A DNA stretch of 64,000 nucleotides from Podarcis bocagei (taxonomy: Eukaryota), in assembly GCA_964188305.1 (NCBI GenBank), contig OZ076889.1; one strand, given 5' to 3'. Shown here one piece after another: positions 52,519 to 64,000 of this stretch. Made by a program: the position numbers and the translations under genes. Numbering within the stretch: the first letter of the stretch is position 1; the number at the start of each line of letters is the position of its first letter. The notes below the pieces were generated by a model, which did no database searches, was not told the DNA's origin, and saw nothing but the letters and a program-made list of their open reading frames with translations.

Positions 52519-53647
52519 TACTGGAGTAATAAGAATGAGTCCTGCACTTCTAGTTTATGTTCATACAGCTAAAAGGTGTGCAACTCCTCTGTTCAGTTTG
52601 GAATGTGGGGGCCATTTGGATTTCCTAAACATACTCTTTGTTGTTCCATTTTCAAGGCCTGCATAAAACATTTTTGTCTGGGTAAGCCTACTGAGACATG
52701 CAATTTTATGATGTATATTTGTTCTTAAACCTTGTTGAATTTATCTATAGCTGGATGGTTTTATTATGTCCACTTATTACTTAATGTCGTCCATTTAAAG
52801 AAGGGAGAAAGCTTTTCTCTTTATTTATTTTTTTATTTCACAAGGTTTAAACTGCACCCACACTGGCTCCTCAGAGTCCATATTTTTACATCTATTTCCC
52901 ACTGGAGTCAAGATTTCACCCAAAGCACTGAAGAATGCTACTTAGTTTCCCATTATTTAACAGTAAGACATGGTTAGATTTCCAGTCTGCCATCCAGATG
53001 ATATTAGCTTATTAAAAATATCACCTGGGAATCGAAGGAAAATCCATTTTATCTGACGTTGATGGATTAGGATTAAAATAAATGAATTAGCCACAGTACA
53101 GATAATTACTTTCATCACTGCCATTACCTGACATTGGATATTTCGTAGCAAATCTCATGTTGAATATTAGTTTCTAACTTCCCTTACTAAACAGATGGTC
53201 TTTCTCCAATGAAAGAATATGTGCTGGAGAGATAGAGGGTGATGGGGGAGGACGGAAAGTGGTTTTAAACCTGATAATGCGAATTGCAAAACTGCACAGC
53301 GATGGAAAATTCAGTTTAAATCTGAATAGTTTATTTCCTGGTATAGTGCACTGACTTACATCATACTGAAAAGCAGAGGTCTTCTGCTCCCCAGCCAGGG
53401 CATCTGAAAATGTGTCCTGCTCATGGACTTCCCAACAATATCTGGTTCACCACAGAAATGCTAGATTAGATGAGCCTTTGATTTAATCCAAGAGGGATCT
53501 TCTTTTGATGTGTTTATTCACAATTCTTTTTCAGATGTCTGTTTAACTGGGCAGAAATACAGCAGGAGGAAGAGAAGAGAATGGAAATGAATAGTCTTGG
53601 TTAAAAGAAAAGAGAGAGGTAGACATAGGAACTATTTAAACATAAAG

Positions 53648-54005
53648 GTAAAGGTAAAAGTTAAAAAACCCCTGGACAGTTAAGTCCCGTCAAAGGTGAC
53701 TATGGGGTTATGGCACTCATCTTGCTTCAGGCCAAGGGAGCCGGCGTTTGTCCACAGACAGCTTTCCAGGCCATGTGGCCAGCATGACTAAACCGCTTCT
53801 GGCACAACAGGACACTGTGATGGAAACCAGAGCACACTGAAACACCATTTACCTTCCCACTGCAGCAGTACCTATTTATCTACTTGCGCTGGTATGCTTT
53901 CAAACTGCTAGGTTAGCAGGAGCTGGGACAGAGCAACGGGAGCTCACCCCGTCATGGGGATTCAAACCGCTGACCTTCTGATCAGCAAGCAACACAGCAC
54001 CACCC
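53648..54005 (-). mobile_element. Sauria SINE
   Basis: Body matches the other copies; TSD acataaag. Confidence 0.9.
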
Positions 54006-56116
54006 ACATAAAGACATCACCTTGGTACTGTGTGACAGCAGCTCTATATAGAGGCTGCATCAGATGCTCTTGCCAGATGTCAGATAGGTAACTTGAAGGA
54101 AATCAGGGCAAAGGTAGGTGCCAAGTAAACAGGCCTCTTCCACAGCAAAAATAAAATAAAAATCACTTGGATTCAGGAAGTCAGTGATGTTTTCTGGTTC
54201 CACTTGATTATTCCTACAGAGTAGGCATTTCCAGTCAATAAACTCAGAATGGTTTAGAATCCTCTTGTGTTGTGAATCCAGTTTACAGTGTAGGGCCTAC
54301 TGCATAATCTGAATTCCCATACCAAAAGGCTTATGGATCATTGTGAATTTATAGACTGAAATTGCCAACAGTGTATCCTTCCAGCCAGTGATGAAGGCCA
54401 GTACCAGAGAGTTTTACAGTGCTTGATCTGCAAACTACAGGCTTTTTGCTCCATGGGTGGTTGACGGGCTGTAACATTTTCAAGCTAATTATTACTATGT
54501 GAAAGGTAGCTGCTCGTGTAGGGATTCTTCACGAAACTGGGCCAATGCGCGTGGCTATACTGCTGAAATACATTATGAGTCCCACAGAGAGCCACCAACA
54601 TGCAGAAGAAGCATGGTTTTAAAACTCAGGTTGCTTCCAGGTGAACTGCTTAATGAGCATTAATCCTGATTTATTTGCCCAATAAATAAATAGGGGGGCT
54701 AGACAATGTCAGATGTCTATTTGCTATTCATTCTTATTTGCTGGTACAGTAGGTGGTTGTTACTGTTACATCCCACCATCCATACCAAAGGTTGCAATGA
54801 CAATGGCAAAAAGTGTTTTTGTAGCACAAGAGCTCCAGAGTAACTCTAATTGCACAATCTGAATTTGCCAGTTGGTATTCCCCCCCCCCCACCAAAAAAA
54901 AAAATGGTGACCACCTGGAAAAACCTTTAACAAAGTGATCTAGAAATGTGTGAAAGGAATGAATTTTTCAAAATTGCTTCTAGTTCTTTTCTTTATAGTT
55001 TCCTTCTACCTTCAAATGGAAATATAGGCCAAGTTCCAAAGTGATATTTAGGCTTACACAAGTGTGATGATTCTGTGCCCAGTAGAGTTTTCAAGCCTTT
55101 ACTTCTTTAAACAGCCGGCTCCCATGAGATGTATCATAAAATGTTTTTGAAACTTACCTCAGTTTTTTATGTAGAGGTGGAGATGTTCTTTGGGAAGCAG
55201 AACTGCAACCTTTTCATGTGCTCACAGAATTATTTGTGTGGTTCTTTGGAAGCTAGTTATTCATTAGAACACTGGGCAATTTTTAAAAACAGAGATTTGA
55301 TGAAGTATCTACTAGATGAAAGAAAATGATAGAAAATGAGACACATCCCATTTCAAGGCAAAATTGCTCTTCCTTTATTTAGGTTGATGTATAAATTAAA
55401 GAAGCATCTGGATTTTCTAAAAAAGAGAGAAATAAATCAGATGTACCATTTGTTTGCATTGAGCTGGTGGGTTTTGCCGTATTTTTTTTTATCATTCAGT
55501 TCAAGAAATCTCCATTTAGTAATTTACAAAATAGGAAGCATATCTGTTATAGTCATCATTATGAATGTGGTACGAATGACATTGCTAAGCTACAAATAAT
55601 GAATGAAAAGTGAGGATGCAGTTAGAATAAACTGATTCTTCCAGGCTGAAGTCGGACCCCAACTCCTCTGAACTCTACTTGTTAGTTAGAAATGTATTTA
55701 TTCACATGAGTAGCCCAGTTCAATCCTAAAACTTGAGTTGAGTTCAATTATTAACAAATAGTACTACAACAAAAGACCTCTGCTTACTCATGGCCCATGA
55801 AAAGCCCAGTGATCCCATGGTTCTGAAAGATACCTGGCTTTTAGCAATTTTCCAACATGAATGAGTTTCATAGCTTTGAGCAAGCTACATTTATGGGTAG
55901 AACTTCATGTTATGATGAATGGATGCTTCTCTCTGAACATGGTTTGTGTGTTTGCCCCTTTCTGCCAGTTGCAGCCAATGACATTAAGTAGGGCAAGGAA
56001 ATGGGTTGGGTTTGCTGCTGGGAAGGATTTGGTACCAATATTCCTGTCTTTGCTGACAACCACAAATTTTTGTAATGCATAACTCAACTCTATGGATTGG
56101 AGTAAGTTGAAACTAT

Positions 56117-56510
56117 TGTCGGCATCTGGGGGTCGAAAGGCCTGCTGGCTAGCCCCCAGCTGGATCGTCTCCTCAGCTGTGCCGCTGCGAAGATCCATGG
56201 ACCTCTGGCTCTGACATAAATCAGTGACTTAGTCCTCCTAGACTTGAGCACATTATACTTAGCAACGTGAACTGTGCAACAGAAGAGGCTGAGGCTTGAG
56301 GATACACACTAAGAACTACGGATTTATTAAACATAAATCAGGACAAAGAAACATCTTGTCTCTCCTTGCCGTCTTCTCGGAAAGAGTCAAAACAAAAGCA
56401 ATACAGCGGAAGTTCCGCTTACGCCAGCAAACTGTGCTGGAATGTAAACAGATATGTGACACATAACAATCACATGTCTGGAACTAAAGATGGAATGGAA
56501 ACTCCCAACA
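56117..56510 (-). mobile_element. Solo LTR (394 bp)
   Basis: TG...CA ends, perfect 5-bp TSD actat, and AATAAA on the minus strand near 56324. Confidence 0.85.
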
Positions 56511-56515
56511 ACTAT

Positions 56516-56560
56516 GTCCCTTTGAAGTTCCTTCCAACTCCACAATTCTATGATTCTATG
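56516..56560 (+). mobile_element. CR1-type 3' tail remnant
   Basis: ttccaactccacaattctatgattctatg. Confidence 0.65.
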
Positions 56561-57454
56561 AAGACAGTAAATAATAGATCCAAATGGGTTAACATTTAAT
56601 TAAGAATAAAATGGCCTCACGTTCTTTGTACAAGTTGCCCCACCTGCTTAGCTGTGGCCTACTTTCCATCTTCCTTCCACTTCCTTACATGATCTATCTG
56701 GTGGAAGCAGCGGGGGGAATCACCAAACACATTTAATAAGGATGAAGCTCTATGGATACATAAAAGGAGGCAGCCCTAACTCAGACCTTTTAAGCCCAAA
56801 CACTGTTTAATTGAACTGCATGCTGATTATAATAAAAGCCAAACCCTCCCTGAGAGTCAAGTTCCAGTTGCTTTTCACTTAAAGGAAAGTCAGAAGCAAT
56901 ACTAGAAACAGGCGCCCATTGCTTTTCACACAGCTTTGGAGCTTTTTAACAGTGATTTTAGTAAGTGTTTTTTCTCCCTGCTCTCCCTGCCCTGCTCTGC
57001 CAAAACCCAGAGTCTGTTCACAACAATGGTACAATCCCCCCCATTATGTTCTGCATACAATAAGACAGCCTTCCTTGGATCACAAAATCACGCTCTATAA
57101 CAAGAGACAGACTAATTTTTTTAAAGACACAGGAGAAATAAGTTGAAAGTATTTGAAATGCCTAAGTGTTTTCGCTCCACGTTTCCTGCTGATAGCAGGC
57201 ATTCAGATTCCCTCCCATGATTCCCTCACTCTAGCGCTGCCCTCCCCTGTCACCATCACTATTGCGCTGAATGAGTTGGAGAGATAACTTAACGACTCAT
57301 GCAGATTCCCTGTAGGATTTAGAACCCTGGCAAAACAGGGTTCTAATTTTTTCTTTCTTTTCTTTTTTTTTTAAATAAATTTTATTAGAGTTCATAAAGA
57401 GAAATACAAAACTTAATCTCAAAAATCTTTTTTATCCAACATTAACATTAATAT

Positions 57455-57939
57455 GTTGTTGTTGTTTAGTCGTTTAGTCGTGTCCGACTCTTCGTGGCCC
57501 CATGGACCAGAGCACGCCAGGCACTCCTGTCTTCCACTGCCTCCCGCAGTTTGGTGAAACTCATGCTGGTAGCTTCGAGAACACTGTCCAACCATCTCGT
57601 CCTCTGTCGTCCCCTTCTCCTTGTGCCCTCCATCTTTCCCAACATCAGGGTCTTTCCCAGGGAGTCTTCTCTTCTCATGAGGTGGCCAAAGTACTGGAGC
57701 CTCAGCTTCAGGATCTGTCCTTCCAGTGAGCACTCAGGGTTGATTTCCTTAAGAATGGAGAGGTTTGATCTTCTTGCAGTCCACGGGACTCTCAAGAGTC
57801 TCCTCCAGCACCATAATTCAAAAGCATCAATTATTCGGCGATCAGCCTTCTTTATGGTCCAGCTCTCACTTCCATAAATCACTACTGGGAAAACCATTCC
57901 TTTTACTATACGGACCTTTGTTGGCAAGGTGATGTCTCT
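57455..57939 (-). mobile_element. Bov-B (RTE) LINE 3' fragment
   Basis: ORF 57466-57927 is nearly identical to the 24518 ORF. (CAA)n tail; 10-bp TSD acattaatat. Confidence 0.96.
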
Positions 57940-57951
57940 ACATTAATATAG

Positions 57952-57953
57952 GA

Positions 57954-58001
<48 letters not shown>

Positions 58002-58002
58002 A
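57952..58002. repeat. (GAAA)n microsatellite
   Basis: Simple repeat within the L1 3' UTR. Confidence 0.95.
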
Positions 58003-58639
58003 GAGATAGACACATAAGAACAAAGAGATAGAAAAGAGCTTTCAAGAGGAAATAGAAAAGATACAGTTCAGAGATTAAAGAACTTACAATTCTTCATCTG
58101 TCCACTATATATAAACAATAATCACTTCATCCACTCCAATATAACACCTAGTGAAAAAAACTTTCTGTAAACAAACATTATCTTCAATTCCCAAATCCAA
58201 ATGTATTATTTCTTTTTCATGCCAAAAATCTATGAGTGGTTTCCAATCTTCAGTAAATATCAACAATGACTTTTCTCTGATTCAACATGTTGATTTTGCC
58301 ATCTCAGCTAACTCCATTAATTTTAACAATCATTCTTCCATGGTTGGTAATGATGGATCTTTCCATCTTTGAAAAATCAGGGTTCTAATTTGGAGAGTCC
58401 ACACATGAAGAAAAGGCCCTTCTCCGGAGACTATTTCTGCAGCTGATCATATGCTGATCTCCACTCTCCCTCACCATACGAAGGAGAACACCCCAATAGG
58501 GCTATGTAATATGAAGAACAAACACATCTTCAATTAGAGCTAAGCGGAAGCTGCTCAGTGTTTTGTAGCCTTCAGCAGTGCTGGAAAATGCCTCTCTTCT
58601 GCAGTCCTCTCCTCCAAACTCTCCTTGCAAGAATGCTTA

Positions 58640-58995
58640 AGGTAAAGTTAAAGGGACCCCTGACCATTAGGTCCAGTCGTGACCGACTCTGGGGTTGCAG
58701 CACTCATCTCGCTTTATTGGCCGAGGGAGCTGGCGTACAGCTTCCAGGTCATGTGGCCAGCATGACTAAGCCGCTTCTGGCCAAACCAGAACAGCGCACG
58801 GAAACGCCGTTTACCTTCCCGCCGAAGCGGTACCTATTTATCTACTTGCACTTTGACATGCTTTTGAACTCCTAGGTTGGCAGGAGCAGGGACCGAGCAA
58901 CGGGAGCTCACCCCATCGTGGGGATTTGAACCGCTGACCTTCTGATCGGCAAGTCCTAGGCTCTGTGGTTTAACCCACAGCGCCACCCGCATCCC
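58640..58995 (-). mobile_element. Sauria SINE
   Basis: Full head and tail; 13-bp TSD gcaagaatgctta. Confidence 0.94.
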
Positions 58996-59194
58996 GCAAG
59001 AATGCTTACTTAGGCTGAAATTCTAAACACCGCCAACAACCAATGGGGCAGCCTTCTAGTTGTTGTGAATAACAACCCCACTCATCCCTGAGCATAGGTT
59101 GAGCTGATGGAAGTTGTATAACATGCACTTAGCTAAGGGAGCTAACTTAATAGGACTTCTAAGTAGACCTGCATTATACATTTAAGTTAAAAGA

Positions 59195-59590
59195 AACGGA
59201 GCCTTTAATGTCATTGGCCTAGTATTGTGGAACACTCTGCTAATAGAGATTCAGCACGTGCTTTCCATTTCAGCTTTTAAATGCCTACTGAAAACTTCTC
59301 TATCACATTGTTGTTGCTGTTAAATTTCTATACTAACCATCATCTGAGAATCACAGGGCTGTTTACAATATAAAAACACAAAAATACATAGCATAGTAGG
59401 AAACAGAAACGATAAACACACAGTTTAAAATGTCAGGGATTGTTCAGTTAGCCAAAGGTCTGGAAGAAGAGGAACCTTTTTGCCAGGCACCTAAATGTAT
59501 GTGATGAAAGCGCCAGGCGAGCTTTCCTGCGAACAGCATTTCACAAGCAGGGAGCCACTGCAGAAAAGGCCTGTTCTTGTGTTGCCACCA
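59195..59590. mobile_element. Two degenerate L2-like fragments in opposite orientations
   Basis: tgtggaacactctgc...tttaaatgcctactgaaaac on the plus strand and gcatttcacaagcagggagccactgcagaaaaggcc on the minus strand. Confidence 0.55.
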
Positions 59591-59729
59591 ATTAGGCGTA
59601 CACAGGCAATTAAGACTATATCCTTCCATAATAGTTAGCTAATTTCTGATTTTAACTTTTCAATGCATTTTCAATTGTATGGTTTTAATATACAATTGTT
59701 GTGAAGTGCTCAGCTTTTTCTTATGAATA

Positions 59730-59961
59730 CAGTAGTACCTTGGGTTACATATGCTTCAGGTTACATACACTCCAGGTTACAGACTCCGCTAACCCAGAAA
59801 TAGTGTTTCAGGTTAAGAACTTTGATTCAGGATGAGAACAGAAATCGTGCTCTGGCGGCGCGGCGGCGGCAGGAGTTAAAGTTGTGCTTCAGGTTAAGAA
59901 CAATTTCAGGCTAAGTACGGACCTCTGGAATGAATTAAGTACTTAACCCGAGGTACCACTG
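59730..59961. mobile_element. Tc1/mariner MITE (30711 family)
   Basis: TIRs cagtagtaccttgggtta / taacccgaggtaccactg with TA flanks. Confidence 0.93.
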
Positions 59962-60053
59962 TAGTGGTATATAAATATTTCTATAAATAAATTTCTCTCG
60001 CTCACCAACATGCTCTCATTTGCCTTCAGTGCGCTCTTTGCATAACAAAATCT

Positions 60054-60904
60054 TTTTTTAAAATGATATTTATTAGAAGTTTAAAGATTACAAAAGAAAG
60101 AAAAAAGGAAAACAATAAAAAGTTTAACAGAACGTACATTACAATACATAAAAAAATACAACAATACAGCAAAAAGAAACAAAAACACTAAAACACACAT
60201 CCAATATTCCATATCTTTACCTTTCATTTACTTGTTTCATCGACCTCCTCACACCTCCCTTTTTTGTATTCTAATTCAATTAACTATTTCAGCAAATTCT
60301 TTCTATAATTTATCTTAACGGTCTAACCTTAAATTTTTCCATTTTAGCCCATTATCAATCAGCTTTTACCATTAAATTTTAACCCATTTATAACCCTTTT
60401 TTCATATTCTCTTAAATCATTACAGCTGGAAACCCCTTAATTTCAGTCCAACATCACCTTAACATTCATTAATTTTACAATATTTCTGTAGATAGTCTTT
60501 AAATTTCTTCCAATCTTCTTCCACCAACTCTTCTCCCTGGTCTCGGATTCTGCCAGTCATTTCTGCCAATTCCATATAGTCCATCACCTTCACCTGCCAT
60601 TCTTCCAAAGTGGGTAAATCTTGTGTCTTCCAATACTTTGCAATGAGTATTCTTGCTGCTGTTGTAGCATACATAAAGAAAGTTCTGTCCTTCTTTGGCA
60701 CCAATTGGCCGACAATGCCCAGAAGAAAGGCCTCTGGTTTCTTCAAGAAAGTATATTTAAATACCATTTCTCAGAAAGCCTTAATCCTTGGGCACGTCCA
60801 CCAAAGGTGAAAGAATGTACCTTCCGTTTCTTTACATTTCCAGCATTTATTATCGGGCAAATGATAAATTTTTGCAAGCTTGACTGGGGTCATGTACCAC
60901 CTCA
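60054..60904 (-). mobile_element. L1-clade LINE, 5'-truncated: ORF2 C-terminus and 3' UTR
   Basis: The minus strand encodes WYMTPVKL...CWKC...[10 protein letters not shown] (CCHC knuckle), then ORF 60459-60767. 16-bp TSD ttgcataacaaaatct. Confidence 0.93.
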
Positions 60905-61708
60905 TTGCATAACAAAATCTAATTCAGTATATTGTATTGTGAGGGCATCCTATTTACCATGATGATCCTTGACTCATTCAGGAAGGAGAAAGTCGCTGGC
61001 AGTGGTGAGATGTTCTAGCCTACCAAAGTCTCTAGTTTCTGTTTTAAAAATATCTGTAGATGGTTGCACACTTGGTTCATCTTCCTTCTGCCGCCAGCAT
61101 TGCCCATTAGAAAGCATCTTATAAGTATTTTGGCGAACTATGCAATAGTGCGTTCAAATCACTGCCGGCACATATTAACAGAGACAGAACAGTCTTGTGA
61201 TTTCCTATGGAAGTATTCTGGACTTGCTTTCCACAGGGGGTGGGGTACAAAAAAGCCATGTAAATGGATTTTCACAGTGGAGCAAATTAAACAAGGAGCA
61301 CTGAAAAGCATCCTGCTGTAAGGCTAGCAACAAATAAAAGGCTTGTGTGTTTACTTCTGGACCCCACATTTCTCTTAGAAAGTGTACCCCAGTGGGTTAC
61401 TATGGCTGAAAGGCAGCAGTAACCTTTTCAGGAAGCTTTATGTGCCTATTTAGTCTGCCGTTCAATAAAAATACCCATTAGTAGCTTGCATTTGCCACTT
61501 CACATGGCGTCTGTGCTCTTTATGAGACACAGAAGAGCCTCTGAAAGAAGACTATGAAACTTCACACCATGTGAAACATTCGGGCTCTGCATGATTAATA
61601 TTCTCATGGAATTCTTTTGTGATGGGAAAATTAATGGTTCCATCCAACACATCATTATAAGTTATTTGGGGAAAGGTTTGTAAAATTCTTAAAAGTTGCA
61701 AACAATTT

Positions 61709-61714
61709 TATATA

Positions 61715-61763
<49 letters not shown>
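61709..61763. repeat. (TA)n/(CATA)n compound microsatellite
   Basis: Simple repeat. Confidence 0.95.
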
Positions 61764-62154
61764 TGCTGAATCTGAAAAACAGTGTCTGGTTCAGTATCAG
61801 TCATATCACCTCTACAGTCTACAGTTTCCCTCCTCTCGACCACAATAACAAACTTTGCTTCTGATAAAATGAAGCAAACTTTCACATCTGAAAATTCTCC
61901 AGTGGAATTGGTGAGGTCAGAAACCAATGAAAATGGAATACTTTCTTATTCATCATAGTTTAGGCGCATCACCAAGTGACCATTGCAAGCTGTGTGTGTC
62001 CCTCACCTACAGCGAAGGTTAAAAAACGTTCCCCATCATTTTTTCTACCAGGAGTTCAGAGTTCCAAATTGCCAGAACATATTTTCTGAAGCCAAATCTA
62101 TTAAATGCACTAGAAACCCTTCCTTGTTTTGGTTTGACATAGAAAATAATAATA

Positions 62155-62374
62155 CAGTTGTACCTTAGAAGTCGAACATAATCTGTTCTGGAAGTGCATT
62201 CAACTTCCAAAACGTTCAAAAACCAAAGCGTGGCTTCTGATTGGCTGTGGAAGCCCCGTCAGACGTTTGGGTTCCAAAGAACGTTCGCAAACCGGAACAC
62301 ACACTTCCGGGTTTGCGGTGTTTGGCAGCCAAAATGTCCGAATATCAAGAGGTTTGTGATCCAAGGTATGATGG
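62155..62374. mobile_element. Tc1/mariner MITE (34396 family)
   Basis: cagttgtacctt left TIR and degenerate right TIR ccaaggtatgatgg. Internal sequence is the reverse complement of the 34396 element. Confidence 0.8.
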
Positions 62375-64000
62375 TAATCTGAACCATCTGTTAAGCACAA
62401 GAACCAGAGATCCATTTTTCTCAGCCTTTTCAGCAGACAAAGTTCAAAGTGAGTCAACAATCCTTTTCTTATTTAGATCAGCTCCTTTGTTGGAACAAAT
62501 GGGGTTCTCCATTTTTAGATTAAATGCTCTGGAACCGCTGTACGCCTTGGAACTCACACAGAACTTTGCCTTTGAAATATGTGAGTTTTACCTGAATACT
62601 CATGACCTTAAAAAAGAAGAAGCTTTCTTTCAAGAACCATTTTAAAGCACAAACTGCTGACGTTTCAATCCATTTTTAATTCTCCTTAAAATGTGATCAT
62701 TTAGCATGAGAGCAGGGTCAGCACACTATTTTATATTGTGTTACGAAGATGCCACAACCTTCTCAATTATATAGCCTCAGTGCAAAACAGTCTATTTAAT
62801 GATTCCCGTGAGAAAAATTCCTCATTTGCTTAATTTTTCTCCATGGAATCCTGCCTATTGCTTCCATCTTACTCCCACTTTTTATATCTTCTAGATAAAA
62901 CTTGAATGGAATAGATAAAACTCTCTACTTTCCCCCCCGATCACCATCGCCCCTTAAAAAGGGGTGGTGGTATGGCTGCTCTCCCTCCCTTTTTCTTTGC
63001 AGTCTCTTTTATTCTTGTGCCTTAAAATAACTGTACTGGAGACTTTTCAAAGGTCTGTAAGCATTATGCAGAACAGAAAATGCCGTGAGGGATATGGCTT
63101 TGAGGTCCTCTTTGGAGTTGTTGCTGCATAGCATGGTAGCTGCTGGGATGAACAACAACATCATTTTCTCAGAATCCTCCCCGATATTGATGGCAGTGAG
63201 GCTCTAGAGAATGTGTTTTTACGTGATAGTTTTTATGTGTAGGACATTTGTTTATTATTTACTATGTTTATGCCTTGCTTTTCTCTAAAAAAACTCCAAG
63301 CTGCATACATGGCTCTCCTCCTCATTTCTGCCCTCAACAACTCTGTAAGATCCACGTGAGGCAACCACTGTGTTTATCATTCTGAAATTTGGGGGAATTT
63401 GTGCCCTCAGAAACATTGGCTTTACCTTCAAATTTCATCCAATTCTGGCATAAAATGAAAGAGTTGGAGGCTTTCTGATTTCTTTTTTGAATCAAGTGAT
63501 AAAAGGTGTCCTGCAATCCCATTCTCATATATCTGCCTACAATTTGTCAGGCCTAGAGGAACTCCTGGTGCTGATAAATTCCATCCACTTTGGTCGAAAG
63601 GAAGACAAGTTATAGTCTTTTTCAGATTCCCCATCATAGTCAATGGGGGAACACAGAGCTTTGTATTAGACAGATCAGCCTGGAAGCCAGAGTGCAGATG
63701 GAAGCAGACAGGGCACAGAGTGACTCGGAAATAGATCAGAATGTTTTAAAAATGCACAGATACACACACAAGGTGAGTTCTGGGGGTCATGCACATTCCT
63801 CATGTGGAAGACTTCTGTTTTTCTAAAAAGCCAACAAGTTTAATACCTCTTTGGGTTCACAGGAATAGTTTTGCAGTTCCAGAATGCTTGTTTTCCTTTC
63901 CTCAGCGTTAGTCACAGTTAAATATTGCATTAAATAATTACATGGTTTGGGCAAAAAAGAATTTGACATAATCACCAGCAAATATATTAATATTCTAATT

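Larger units (their letters stand above)
57350..58377 (-). mobile_element. L1-clade LINE 3' fragment (host of the nested Bov-B)
   Basis: The minus strand reads WKDPSLPTMEE*LLKLMELAEMAK...EDWKPLIDF, homologous to the ORF at 60459. T-rich polyA complement at the left end; 14-bp TSD cagggttctaattt. Confidence 0.85.

Noticed and set aside
61655-61927. 90-aa minus-strand ORF
   Set aside because: It runs through a microsatellite and has no recognisable homology or splice boundaries.

Overview
Vertebrate genomic DNA, inferred to be from a squamate reptile and probably a lacertid lizard. The inference rests on the repeat content: Sauria SINEs, Squam3-like SINE, Bov-B, little-decayed L2 and CR1, and L1-clade LINEs. 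The window is AT-rich, contains two assembly gaps, and reads as a large intron or intergenic region. I could not identify any host protein-coding exon. All convincing ORFs are 5'-truncated LINE ORF2 fragments (CR1, L2, RTE/Bov-B, L1 clade). The rest comprises SINEs, several solo LTRs (three with perfect 5-bp TSDs), Tc1/mariner-type (TA) and hAT-type (8-bp TSD) MITEs with several nested insertions, microsatellites, and unique homeobox-motif-rich blocks that resemble conserved non-coding elements. A few exon-like segments, mostly on the minus strand, are flagged as hypotheses. I found no well-supported novel biological system.
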